This document shows positions 8,241-17,528 of a DNA stretch of 40,117 nucleotides, piece after piece. The notes below the pieces were generated by a model, which worked only from the letters and a program-made list of their open reading frames with translations, was not told where the DNA came from and searched no databases. The stretch comes from a virus (taxonomy: Duplodnaviria > Caudoviricetes), in the IMG/VR virus record IMGVR_UViG_3300024287_000003, positions 1 through 40,117 of that record; one strand, 5' to 3'. Made by a program: the position numbers and the translations under genes. Every line of letters starts with the position of its first letter. Position 1 is the first letter of the stretch.

Positions 8241-9506
8241 ATGGCTAACAGTTTTAATAAGATTGAAGTAGTCGCGTTTGAGAACGTGTTGGAGAAGTTT
8301 AACGACTTGGAAGTCCTGTCCAAGAACGTTTCGAAATACACTACTGATTCGACTCAAATGGAACGTGCTGGCGATGTTATCTGGCGCCCTCAGCCTTACA
8401 TCGCTCAGTCGCACGATGGCACCGATGCAACCGTGAACTTCAACCTGGCAACCCAGTTGTCCGTTCCGGCAACGCTTGGCTTCCAGAAGCACTCGACCGC
8501 GATTCTGACCGCAACCGAACTGCGTGACGCTCTGCAAGAAGGCCGTCTGGGTGAAGCTGCCGCACAGAAATTGGCAAGTGATATCAACGTTGCGATCATG
8601 AACACCGCAGCCAATACCGGCACGCTGGTGGTCAAGCGTACGACTGCTGCAACTGGATTTGACGACGTGGCACAGTGCGAAGCGATCTTCAATGAGCAAG
8701 GCGTTCAGTCGTTTGACCGCTATCTGGCTCTGTCTACCCGCGATTACAACGGAATGGCAAGTAACCTGGCTGGCCGTCAGACCATGACCGGCAAGCCAAC
8801 AACTGCGTACGAGAAGGCTTTTGTCGGCACCATCGCATCGTTCGACACCTACAAGCTTGACTATGCAAATCGTATCGCCGCTGCCGCTGGTGGCGCTGGC
8901 ATTACGATGAACACCCAAGTTGCAGGCGCGAACTACTACACCCCTCGTGCTACTTCGACCGGTGTGAATGGCGAGCGTTCGAACGTGGACAATCGTTACC
9001 AGACCATCACTGTGTCGAGCACTACCAACGTTGCAGCGGGCGATTGCTTCACTGTCGCAGGTGTTAATGCAGTTCATCACATCACCAAAGGCGACACTGG
9101 TGTGCTCAAAACGTTCCGCGTTATCTCGGTTCCTTCTTCCACTACCCTGGTTATTTCCCCGCCGATGATTTCGGCACAAGGCGGCACGGATGCTGAACTG
9201 CAATATCAGAACGTGACTATCACCCCGTCCGCAACCGCTGCTGTTGTGTGGCTGAACACCGTTGCCGCTGCGATCAATCCGTTCTGGCAGAAAGACGCAC
9301 TGGAAATCCTGCCGGGACGTTATGTGATCCCTGACAATGCTGGCGCAGCAATCTTGCGTGCTTCTACGGACAATGGCATCGAAGTGACTATGCAGAAGTT
9401 CTACGACATCAACACCATGAAAACCAAGTTCCGCTGGGATGTATTTTTTGGTGTTGTAAATAAGCAACCTGAGATGAGCGGCTTGATGCTGTTTAATCAG
9501 ACCTAA
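8241..9506 (+). CDS. Major capsid protein (P22 gp5-like)
   Basis: 421 aa; MANSFNKIE..., IWRPQPYIAQS and YDINTMKTKFRWDVFFG. Confidence 0.93.
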   Translation: MANSFNKIEVVAFENVLEKFNDLEVLSKNVSKYTTDSTQMERAGDVIWRPQPYIAQSHDGTDATVNFNLATQLSVPATLGFQKHSTAILTATELRDALQEGRLGEAAAQKLASDINVAIMNTAANTGTLVVKRTTAATGFDDVAQCEAIFNEQGVQSFDRYLALSTRDYNGMASNLAGRQTMTGKPTTAYEKAFVGTIASFDTYKLDYANRIAAAAGGAGITMNTQVAGANYYTPRATSTGVNGERSNVDNRYQTITVSSTTNVAAGDCFTVAGVNAVHHITKGDTGVLKTFRVISVPSSTTLVISPPMISAQGGTDAELQYQNVTITPSATAAVVWLNTVAAAINPFWQKDALEILPGRYVIPDNAGAAILRASTDNGIEVTMQKFYDINTMKTKFRWDVFFGVVNKQPEMSGLMLFNQT

Positions 9507-9525
9507 TCAAACAGAAAGGAAAATC

Positions 9526-10125
9526 ATGTCTGATCTACTCGTTTATCCGCAAGGCCGTGTTCAACTCACCATTGCTGCGGGTGAAAGCTTTGCTGTTCAT
9601 ACCACTGACAAAGCCATTGTTACTAATCTTGTCGGCTTCCCGAACGAACCGACTAAGCCTAGCCTGCTTGGTGTTGTTATCAATGGGCAAACCGTGTTTG
9701 GGCCTTATGCATCGGGCGCGACCGTCATCATCGAGGCTGGTGCGGCTGCGGTTCGTTATCAAACTGGCGTTTCGCCACTGGTGATGTCGCTGTATGCCAG
9801 CCAACTCCAAGGCGCTCCGGTGGCCGTGGACACGACTGGTGCGGTTTCTGCCCTGGCAATGATGGGCGGCATCGTGACTTCCAGTACTGCTGCGGCAGTG
9901 GCAGGCACTATCCCGACCGGATCGGTGATGGAGCTGGCTTCTGAATTCGGCATCGGTGATTCGTTCGATTGGTCGGTTATCAATACGGGCGGCAATACCT
10001 TCACGGTAACGGCTGCTTCGGGTCATACGATTGTCGGTACTGCAACTGTCGCAACGGTCACTTCGGGCCACTTCCGTACCCGAAAGACGGCTTTGAATAC
10101 CTTCGTCACTTACCGCGTTGGTTGA
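9526..10125 (+). CDS. Putative capsid decoration or structural protein
   Basis: Ala/Thr/Gly/Val-rich; lies between the coat gene and a terminator. Confidence 0.6.
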   Translation: MSDLLVYPQGRVQLTIAAGESFAVHTTDKAIVTNLVGFPNEPTKPSLLGVVINGQTVFGPYASGATVIIEAGAAAVRYQTGVSPLVMSLYASQLQGAPVAVDTTGAVSALAMMGGIVTSSTAAAVAGTIPTGSVMELASEFGIGDSFDWSVINTGGNTFTVTAASGHTIVGTATVATVTSGHFRTRKTALNTFVTYRVG

Positions 10126-10131
10126 TGTATG

Positions 10132-10155
10132 GGCCGGGGAAACCCGGCCTTTTTT
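10132..10155 (+). terminator. Rho-independent terminator
   Basis: GGCCGGG-gaaa-CCCGGCC-TTTTTT. Confidence 0.88.
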
Positions 10156-10168
10156 CTGAGGGAATATC

Positions 10169-10378
10169 ATGGCAGAATTAACCACGAAGCAGCGTAAGAA
10201 ATTGCCAGCGAAATCGTTTGCGGGAACTGGAAGGTCCTATCCGGTAAATGATCCTGCTCATGCAGCCAATGCCAAGGCCCGAGCTACACAGATGGTTGCA
10301 AAAGGCAAACTCAGCCCATCAGCTCGTGATAAGATCGTTGCCAAGGCTAATAAAGTCCTATCGAAGGGGAAAAAATAA
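10169..10378 (+). CDS. Small basic phage protein
   Basis: LTTKQRKKLPAKSFAG..RSYPVNDPAHAANAKARA; a pattern often seen in phage head modules. Confidence 0.75.
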   Translation: MAELTTKQRKKLPAKSFAGTGRSYPVNDPAHAANAKARATQMVAKGKLSPSARDKIVAKANKVLSKGKK

Positions 10379-10668
10379 TGTTTCCGACTCTTGTTTATCG
10401 TATTCCTGGCATTCATCAGCGTGAAGGTGGAACGTATTCCATTCTTGGCGTAACCAATCAGGATGCATTTGATGCAGCATTGACCGATGGGTGGTTCGAA
10501 ACCCTTCCAGAAGCTATTGAAAGTTTGAACCCCAAGGTTGAACAAGTCGAACCGCCGCCTACTCGTGAGGAACTTGAACTCAAGGCAATGGAACTTGAAA
10601 TCAAGTTTGACGGCCGTACGAGTGATCGCAAGTTGCGTGACCTGATCGCGGCAACTTTGGAGGAATAA
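10378..10668 (+). CDS. Hypothetical protein with a C-terminal helix-extension-helix-like segment
   Basis: TREELELKAMELEIKFDGRTSDRKL. Confidence 0.7.
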   Translation: MFPTLVYRIPGIHQREGGTYSILGVTNQDAFDAALTDGWFETLPEAIESLNPKVEQVEPPPTREELELKAMELEIKFDGRTSDRKLRDLIAATLEE

Positions 10669-11151
10669 ATGAGTTTCACCAAGCAGCAGATCATTGAGGA
10701 AGCATTCGGGGAACTGGCTCTGCATGGCAATGTCGTCACGCTTGATCCTGATACGCTAGACTCAGGGAAGCGCAGGTTAGATATGATGCTTGCCACGTGG
10801 AGTGGGAAAGGTTTTCGTCTTGGCTATCCTATCCCAGCAAATCCTGATGATTCTCTGCTTGATGATGACTCGAATCTGCCCGACTGGGCAATTGAACCTG
10901 TCGTAACTAACCTTGCGATGCGGTTAGCTGGTGGATATGGCAAACAGGTCTCTCCGACCACTGCCATGGTTGCCAAGGATGGCTACGATATGCTTGCAGC
11001 ACGGTTTGGCAAGCCTCAGGAAGTTCCTCTGCCAACGAGTTTGCCATTGGGTGCAGGCAACAAGACTTGGCGCAGTCAGAACAATCGCTTTATCTCTCCA
11101 CCGGATCAGCAAATCGAAGCTGGTCCGGATGGTACGCTTGAATTTAACTGA
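10669..11151 (+). CDS. Head-to-tail adaptor / DNA stabilization protein (P22 gp4-like)
   Basis: RLDMMLATW..G..LGY, NLAMRLA..YGK and PLGAGNK motifs. Confidence 0.85.
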   Translation: MSFTKQQIIEEAFGELALHGNVVTLDPDTLDSGKRRLDMMLATWSGKGFRLGYPIPANPDDSLLDDDSNLPDWAIEPVVTNLAMRLAGGYGKQVSPTTAMVAKDGYDMLAARFGKPQEVPLPTSLPLGAGNKTWRSQNNRFISPPDQQIEAGPDGTLEFN

Positions 11152-11160
11152 TGGAATCAT

Positions 11161-11619
11161 ATGCAAATCAACCAGCTTGATAGAGCAACTACGCTGAATT
11201 CTGGCGATTTGGTCGTTATCTTCTCGACCAGCAATGGCGATGCACGAGCTGCGGCAATGTCGGTGCTGTTGGATTTCGTACAACAGAATACGACGCAGCC
11301 TGGCAACGATATGACGCAATACGCGTCGCCAAATGCGAGTGGCTTCAATATCACTATTGCGCCTGTGACAACTGGCGAGAATGTCTATCTGTTGCTGACA
11401 CCAACAGCAGGGTTTGCAGCCGGCACGATCACGCTACCAGCATTGACTAGCTCTGTTGATGGGCAACAGGTTCTTGTGTCGTGCACTCAGGCCGTGACTG
11501 CATTGACTGTTGCGGGCAATGGTGCGACCGTTAACGGCGCTCCAACCACGCTAGCAGCAAATGCTTTCTTCCGGTTACGCTTTGATCACATTAATAATTC
11601 TTGGTATAGGACAGCTTAA
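11161..11619 (+). CDS. Putative virion structural protein
   Basis: Thr/Ala-rich beta protein ending in WYR; located in the virion operon. Confidence 0.65.
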   Translation: MQINQLDRATTLNSGDLVVIFSTSNGDARAAAMSVLLDFVQQNTTQPGNDMTQYASPNASGFNITIAPVTTGENVYLLLTPTAGFAAGTITLPALTSSVDGQQVLVSCTQAVTALTVAGNGATVNGAPTTLAANAFFRLRFDHINNSWYRTA

Positions 11620-11622
11620 ATC

Positions 11623-11928
11623 ATGACAGCTAAACAGCCATTCAATCCGCAATATGGTAGCAACCAAGTTCTTACCGTAGGAGCTAGCTCTGCATCTGCA
11701 ACGATTAGCACTGGCAGCAAACAGGCGCGCGTTCTAAACAGTGGGGCCAATAAGGGCTATTTCCGCCTCTATAACAGCAAATTCGGCGCGCAAAATGCGT
11801 CAACTGCGGACTGTCCGGTTTCGGCGGGAATGGCAACGACAGTCACAAAAGATCAAGACCATGATTCAATCGCCTATATCTCTGCTGCCGGAACAACTTT
11901 TGACGTGATGACCGGCGAAGGATTCTGA
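11623..11928 (+). CDS. Putative virion structural protein
   Basis: 101-aa beta-rich protein ending in MTGEGF. Confidence 0.65.
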   Translation: MTAKQPFNPQYGSNQVLTVGASSASATISTGSKQARVLNSGANKGYFRLYNSKFGAQNASTADCPVSAGMATTVTKDQDHDSIAYISAAGTTFDVMTGEGF

Positions 11929-11929
11929 G

Positions 11930-12508
11930 GTGGACGGTTTATTCTATGGAGTTAATTCCATTGTCTCTACCACATGGGCAACGAGGAACCAATCTCCATT
12001 TGTCGGCGAGAGAATCCGCTGCACTGATATTGGAAATAGAGAGTTCTATTGGAATGGGATAGTGTGGTTACCAATTGGCAGTAATTTGATAGGGCAATCT
12101 GCTGTCGCCTCGTCCATCACAGGCACTACGTCAGAGACTACGCTTGCCAGCATCACGATTCCTGGCGGGATAATGGGGTCTAATGGTGTCGTACGTGTGA
12201 CGGCACATTACAGCACGACCAACAACGCAAACGCGAAAAATCTGTTTGTACGGTTTGGGGGATCAGTGGCTTTCGTGAATACGGCGGCAACGAGTGTAAC
12301 GTATGTGGTACGCAATGAAATTCGGAACCGGAACGCACTCAATTCGCAAGTTTCAAATCAAATATCCTCAGGCGCAACCACCCTTGCAGCCGCGATCCTC
12401 TCTATTAATACCGCAGTGGATCAGATCCTGACGATAACTGGTCAGCTTGCAAATACAGGCGATACCATAACGCTCGAAGGTTACTCAGTGGAAGTGCTTC
12501 CATCATGA
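11930..12508 (+). CDS. Putative virion or fibre protein
   Basis: Ser/Thr-rich beta-sandwich-like sequence; GTG start. Confidence 0.6.
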   Translation: MDGLFYGVNSIVSTTWATRNQSPFVGERIRCTDIGNREFYWNGIVWLPIGSNLIGQSAVASSITGTTSETTLASITIPGGIMGSNGVVRVTAHYSTTNNANAKNLFVRFGGSVAFVNTAATSVTYVVRNEIRNRNALNSQVSNQISSGATTLAAAILSINTAVDQILTITGQLANTGDTITLEGYSVEVLPS

Positions 12509-12657
12509 AGATAATTCCTATCGTGATCACCGAGACCGAGACCGGCGAGCTGATTTCGCCTGCCGCGCCGTTCTCTACCGATGCCATCGCCATCGTTTGC
12601 GACGGTACTAAATATACAATATATGAACCTGGCGATACACCGCCTGATTTGCTATAA
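12505..12657 (+). CDS. Hypothetical protein (50 aa)
   Basis: ATGA overlap; MKIIPIVITETETGELISP...; fills the gap between neighbours. Confidence 0.55.
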   Translation: MKIIPIVITETETGELISPAAPFSTDAIAIVCDGTKYTIYEPGDTPPDLL

Positions 12658-12669
12658 GGAGTTATTCTA

Positions 12670-13473
12670 ATGGACGGCGGCGGCTTTGACCAACTACAAC
12701 GAGGAACTTCTGAGTTCTTCTGCGCCGCCGTGCTTGGGAAAATCCCTGGAGTTCGCCGCGTTGTTTTTAGTGGGTACAATCCAAGTGTAAATACTGCAAC
12801 GACGCCCGAGGATATTTTTCCAGCCGTAGAAACACCGATTATCCCGCGACAAACAGTGGCAGAATCATGGGAAATTTTATCGAATAGTGCAAATGATACT
12901 GCTGCGGGTACGGGTGCTCAAACTGTCTCGATCACTACGCTTAATGGAAGCTATGCAGAAGTAACACAGACAGTAACTCTTAATGGCCTGACGGCTGTAC
13001 CATTAACTTCCACGCATATTGCTACCAATTCCGCAGTGGTGGTTACGGCAGGAAGCAGCGGAAATAATGTCGGGCTATTGACGATCCGCGTCGCCGGTGG
13101 CGGTGCTGGCCGCGCCTATATCTCAGCTGGTGATGGCATTCTGAATCAATGCAAATACACAGTTCCGGCAGGTTATTCATTGGATTTGTATTCGGCATTG
13201 ATGGGCCTGACTACTTCTGGAGCTTCTCAGAACGCGCGATTTGTGTTTGTATCGACGAACCCCGCAGGGCGTCAAATAAACGCAGTTCGCATTCCACTTT
13301 TGGCTAATGGCAGTAGTTTATACAGACATGAAATTGCGGGTGGTTTGGTACCATATAACACTCTGCCTGCCAAGTATGAAACTTCGATCAGAATTGGATC
13401 TGTCTCACAGAATGGTACACAAGTAGAGGCGTCTGTTCTTGGATTGCTGTATGATATTACACTTTTTCCATGA
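12670..13473 (+). CDS. Putative virion protein
   Basis: 267 aa with SNSANDTAAGTGAQTV and YTVPAGY; AGGAG RBS. Confidence 0.65.
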   Translation: MDGGGFDQLQRGTSEFFCAAVLGKIPGVRRVVFSGYNPSVNTATTPEDIFPAVETPIIPRQTVAESWEILSNSANDTAAGTGAQTVSITTLNGSYAEVTQTVTLNGLTAVPLTSTHIATNSAVVVTAGSSGNNVGLLTIRVAGGGAGRAYISAGDGILNQCKYTVPAGYSLDLYSALMGLTTSGASQNARFVFVSTNPAGRQINAVRIPLLANGSSLYRHEIAGGLVPYNTLPAKYETSIRIGSVSQNGTQVEASVLGLLYDITLFP

Positions 13474-13484
13474 TGGATAAATAA

Positions 13485-14900
13485 ATGCCCCAAGTGCCTA
13501 TACTCAATGGTATATATTCCAACGAATCAGCCGATTTTCGTTCATCTTATCCGCGAAATATGGTTCCTGTCCCTAAGTCTCAGGGAATTTCACAAGGTTA
13601 TTTGCGTCCGGGAGATGGCATTGTTTCGTTTGGTACTGGGCCAGGCGTTGACCGTGGGGGAATAAACTGGAATGGCATTTGCTATCGTGTAATGGGTAGC
13701 AATTTAGTGAGTGTGAATGAGGGCGGAAGCGTGAATATTCTAGGAACTGTCGCCGGTTCTGAACAAGTACGTTTCGACTATTCTTTTGATCGTCTAGCAA
13801 TTGCCGCTGGGGGCAATCTTTACTATTGGAATGGCATTCTTACGCAAGTAATTGACCCTGATCTTGGGCGCGTGCTCGATGTCCAGTGGATCGATGGTTA
13901 TTTCGTGACGACAGATGGAACGTCATTAGTTGTCACTGAATTGAATGATCCTACATCGGTCAATCCCCTGAAATATGGCAGCAGCGAGGCCGATCCAGAT
14001 CCTATTGTCGGCGTGAGAAAATGGCGTGGCGAACTGTATGCTTTCAATCGATATACAGTTGAGGTATTTGATAACGTAGGCGGCAGTTTCTTCCCATTCC
14101 AGCGTAATCCAGGTGCAAAGATGGAGCGTGGAGCAATTGGGCCACATTGTGTTGTTGCTGGATTCTTGCAAGAAGTTGCATTCCTTGGCGGTGGTCGAAA
14201 TGAATCTCCCGCAATATGGCTTGGTGCTAATGGTGGCACTGATAAGCTATCAACGCGAGAGATTGACCAGATTTTGCAACAGTATTCTGAGTCTGAATTA
14301 TCAAAAGTTGTGATGGAGACTCGCGTCGATAAGAACCATGAACTGTTATACATTCATTTGCCAGATAGAACAGTGGTCTATGATGCAAGTGGTTCAAAAG
14401 TGACTGGCGAGCCCGTTTGGTTCCATCTTGATTCAGGTATTTTCACGCCTTCCACTTACCGAGCTCGAAATCTTGTCTGGTGCTACGATAAGTGGCTGAG
14501 TGGTGATCCTACCAGCTCGGCTCTAGGTTATTTGAATGATTCTGTTAGCACGCATTACGGGCAAGTCATCGGATGGGAGTTCGGTACTGTTATTCTGTAC
14601 AATGAAGGTCTCGGCGCTATATTTCACCAGCTTGAATTAACTTGTCTCCCTGGCCGCGTTCCTCTAGGCGCTAATCCTATCGTTTGGACTTCTTTCTCCG
14701 TTGATGGGGAAGGATGGAGCAAAGAAGTAGCTGTATCGGCAGGCAAGCAAGGTGAACGCAACAAGCGTTTGATTTGGTTAAGGCAAGGATCGTTAGAAAA
14801 CATGAGAATTCAAAAGTTCAGGGGAACGAGTGATGCATTCTTGTCGGTTGCTCGACTTGATATTCAACTTGAACCACTTTATACGACGGGACCACGATGA
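13485..14900 (+). CDS. Tail hub / packaged DNA stabilization protein (P22 gp10-like)
   Basis: 471 aa; DVQWIDGYF, SSEADPDPIVG and NRYTVEVF. Confidence 0.9.
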   Translation: MPQVPILNGIYSNESADFRSSYPRNMVPVPKSQGISQGYLRPGDGIVSFGTGPGVDRGGINWNGICYRVMGSNLVSVNEGGSVNILGTVAGSEQVRFDYSFDRLAIAAGGNLYYWNGILTQVIDPDLGRVLDVQWIDGYFVTTDGTSLVVTELNDPTSVNPLKYGSSEADPDPIVGVRKWRGELYAFNRYTVEVFDNVGGSFFPFQRNPGAKMERGAIGPHCVVAGFLQEVAFLGGGRNESPAIWLGANGGTDKLSTREIDQILQQYSESELSKVVMETRVDKNHELLYIHLPDRTVVYDASGSKVTGEPVWFHLDSGIFTPSTYRARNLVWCYDKWLSGDPTSSALGYLNDSVSTHYGQVIGWEFGTVILYNEGLGAIFHQLELTCLPGRVPLGANPIVWTSFSVDGEGWSKEVAVSAGKQGERNKRLIWLRQGSLENMRIQKFRGTSDAFLSVARLDIQLEPLYTTGPR

Positions 14901-15559
14901 GTTATTCGCCCCTTAATCGTGCGCAATTGGCAGAAGTATTTGGTAATCACGAGACCTTAAAAGCATTTGAGAAGGTTTTTAATGATACAACGTTTACCTT
15001 TCCAGCTACTATCGAGGAAGCGAATGCTCTAGCCAGTGATGCATTGGCAAAGTCCTTACAAGCATTTGGAGTATTGGCAAACATTGCTGATGAATTGGAT
15101 AAAGCACCACGCGCTCAACTAGGAACAATCAGCTCGCAAAACAATGATTCGGTAGATATTACAGGTGGAAGAATCGGCCTTGATTCTGGATCGGTTTCAG
15201 TTCCTAGCTATTATCTTGGAGGAGATATCACAACTGGTCTATATAGAAGCGCAGCCGATGCAATAGCGATTGCTATTATTGGCACAAAACTGATCGAATT
15301 CGCTGCAAATCTTGTTGCCATCGCTGGTAAATTGAGCGTGACTGACCAGATTATTTCGACAGTGGCAAGCGGAACACCTCCATTTGTCGTATCTAGTACT
15401 ACTCAAGTTGGTAATCTGTATGTGGACAGGGCTGCATTTGCAGACGTTGCAGAGGGCTTAGCTAGTCCAAGTTCATATCCTGCCGACGCAACAGATTTGC
15501 CCACTGTGATTGCTCTAGCAAATGCACTAAAAGCAGCAGCCATTTCAAAAGGACTGTAA
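14897..15559 (+). CDS. Tail needle / plug-like protein (gp26 position)
   Basis: Directly after gp10; helical N-terminus and beta-rich C-terminus. Confidence 0.5.
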   Translation: MSYSPLNRAQLAEVFGNHETLKAFEKVFNDTTFTFPATIEEANALASDALAKSLQAFGVLANIADELDKAPRAQLGTISSQNNDSVDITGGRIGLDSGSVSVPSYYLGGDITTGLYRSAADAIAIAIIGTKLIEFAANLVAIAGKLSVTDQIISTVASGTPPFVVSSTTQVGNLYVDRAAFADVAEGLASPSSYPADATDLPTVIALANALKAAAISKGL

Positions 15560-15897
15560 TGACCACTACTCCACAGGTTTTGATTGAATCAAAATTGGCA
15601 GAAATTGCAGAAACCGTACAATACACGTCAAGCAATAGCAAGACTGCGATTGACAAATTCACGGCAGTGAACACCAGCGGTTCCAATACCACGATCACTG
15701 TTCATCTTATTCCGTCTGGAGGCTCGGCAGGCGTATCGAATGCTTTCAGCAAGACCCTTACCGCAACAGGCACTAGCGGCGCAACGTGGACATTTCCTGA
15801 AGTCGTGGGGCATAACATGGAATCAGGAGACACGATTTCTACCAGCTCTAGCGCAAATACTGTCTCGATTCGTGCAAGTGGTAGAATATTCACATAA
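15559..15897 (+). CDS. Putative tail-associated structural protein
   Basis: IDKFTAVNTS, TFPEVVGH and SIRASGR; TAATG coupling. Confidence 0.65.
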   Translation: MTTTPQVLIESKLAEIAETVQYTSSNSKTAIDKFTAVNTSGSNTTITVHLIPSGGSAGVSNAFSKTLTATGTSGATWTFPEVVGHNMESGDTISTSSSANTVSIRASGRIFT

Positions 15898-15902
15898 ATA
15901 GC

Positions 15903-15932
15903 TTGCTATTTAATACGAAACGTTTTTATAAT
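15903..15932 (+). promoter_or_regulatory. Sigma70-type promoter upstream of the cupin gene
   Basis: TTGCTA-18 bp-TATAAT in an AT-rich gap. Confidence 0.5.
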
Positions 15933-16010
15933 ATTCACATTGCCAATTTTTAAGGTAATAGCTGAGCCTATTGCGCAGCCAGCGGCGCACATTACCCCTG
16001 ACGGGAGAAC

Positions 16011-16370
16011 ATGTTGCCGCTGGATAAACAAATTGAACTTGTGCACCACTTCGCAGGCGGTCTGTATGCGAAAGAAACCACGTTCCCTGCTGGCTCAATC
16101 CTTGTCCAACACAAGCACCACTACGACCATTTTGCACTGCTTGCGTTTGGCTCTGTAGAAATCGAGGTGGATGGACAGCGTAACGTCTTCCATGCTCCAA
16201 AACTCGTGACTATCTGCGCACACCAGCATCACGGCGTCAAGGCGTTGACTGATGTCGTCTGGTTCTGCATTCATGCCACTTCCGAAACCGACCAAGCTCA
16301 CATCGATGAAGTGCTAATCGAGACGACAAATGCCGCGCAGATGCAGGCGATTGCGGAAGGCATGGCATGA
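16011..16370 (+). CDS. Cupin-domain protein
   Basis: HHFAGGLYAKE, QHKHHYDH and HHGVKALTDVVWFCIH metal-binding cupin motifs. Confidence 0.8.
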   Translation: MLPLDKQIELVHHFAGGLYAKETTFPAGSILVQHKHHYDHFALLAFGSVEIEVDGQRNVFHAPKLVTICAHQHHGVKALTDVVWFCIHATSETDQAHIDEVLIETTNAAQMQAIAEGMA

Positions 16371-16903
16371 GCAAGATTCGCCTACTAGCATCTGGCCTGA
16401 ACGTTGAGCCAATCCGAACTGCAATTGAAGCCAATCCGCATCTGTGGGATCTATACACCATGCGCACAGCGAGCCCAGATTCGCCACATCATGGGCTGTC
16501 CGACATTTGGGCGCGATTCGCTCAACCTGGCGTCAACGGAAACGCGGACCATGACGCAGTCTGGTACCCGGAAGCTGACTGTCTGCCGTTGCGCGAGCTG
16601 GTCTATCCTTTGATGAGTATAGTTCGCGGTGATCGCTTGGGGGGGGTACTGATTACGCGCATCCCCCCTGGCGGTCAGTGCAAACCGCACGTCGATCCAG
16701 GCTGGCATGCAGGCTACTACGAAAAATTTGCAGTCCAGATTGCAGCCGATCCAGGGCAGACCTTCTGTTTTGATGGAGAACAACTGGTGACTGCCCCTGG
16801 TGATCTGTTCTGGTTCGACAATTCACATTTGCACTGGGTAACCAACCCAACGCCACACGAGCGCATCACGCTTATCGTGTGTATCAAAACTGACAAGGGA
16901 TAG
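16367..16903 (+). CDS. Asp/Asn beta-hydroxylase-family 2OG-Fe(II) oxygenase
   Basis: HxD (KPHVD), distal His (FDNSHLHWVTN) and the 2OG-binding Arg (ERITLIV). Confidence 0.82.
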   Translation: MSKIRLLASGLNVEPIRTAIEANPHLWDLYTMRTASPDSPHHGLSDIWARFAQPGVNGNADHDAVWYPEADCLPLRELVYPLMSIVRGDRLGGVLITRIPPGGQCKPHVDPGWHAGYYEKFAVQIAADPGQTFCFDGEQLVTAPGDLFWFDNSHLHWVTNPTPHERITLIVCIKTDKG

Positions 16904-16907
16904 CTAT

Positions 16908-17528
16908 ATGCCATGGGGATATGCAGCTGCCGCAGTGGGCGGTCTTTTAGCAGCAAACAGTCAAAAGAATGCCGCTGAAAGCGCAGCCAGTGCGCAAACA
17001 CAATCGGCTCAAGCCGGTATCGATGAGCAGCGACGCCAGTTCGATGCCATCCAAAAGTTACTTTCTCCATACGTCTCAGCAGGAACCGGCGCGATTGGTG
17101 CACAACAGAATCTAATTGGATTGGGTGGCCCTCAGGCACAGCAGCAGGCAATCGGCGCTCTGCAAACTTCTCCACAGTTCCAAGCTCTCCAACAGCAAGG
17201 AACCAATGCCATTCTGCAAAACGCCTCGGCTACCGGAGGTCTACGTGGCGGTAACACGCAAGCAGCACTGGCGCAGTTCCAGCCACAGTTGCTATCGCAA
17301 CTGATTCAGCAGCAATACGAGAATCTCGGCGGCATTAGTAGGCTTGGTCAGTCATCGGCTGCGGGTGTCGGCAATGCGGGTCTCCAAACCGGGACCAATG
17401 TCGCGAACCTCTTGGGTCAGCAGGGTCAGGCGCAGGCTGGCTCAGCATTGGCAGCAGGGAGAGCAAACAGTCAGTTAATCAATAGCTTGACCGGGGCGTT
17501 CGGCCAATATGTTGGGAGTAAATTCTGA
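16908..17528 (+). CDS. DNA ejection protein (P22 gp7-like)
   Basis: Gln/Gly/Ala-rich with NASATGGLRGGNTQAAL; first of three ejection-type genes. Confidence 0.8.
   Translation: MPWGYAAAAVGGLLAANSQKNAAESAASAQTQSAQAGIDEQRRQFDAIQKLLSPYVSAGTGAIGAQQNLIGLGGPQAQQQAIGALQTSPQFQALQQQGTNAILQNASATGGLRGGNTQAALAQFQPQLLSQLIQQQYENLGGISRLGQSSAAGVGNAGLQTGTNVANLLGQQGQAQAGSALAAGRANSQLINSLTGAFGQYVGSKF

Noticed and set aside
8226-9467. 413-aa minus-strand ORF, and similar antisense ORFs at 9535..10185, 25655..26497, 33054..33701, 34731..35552 and 39345..40052
   Set aside because: They are shadows of well-supported genes on the opposite strand and have no recognisable motifs.
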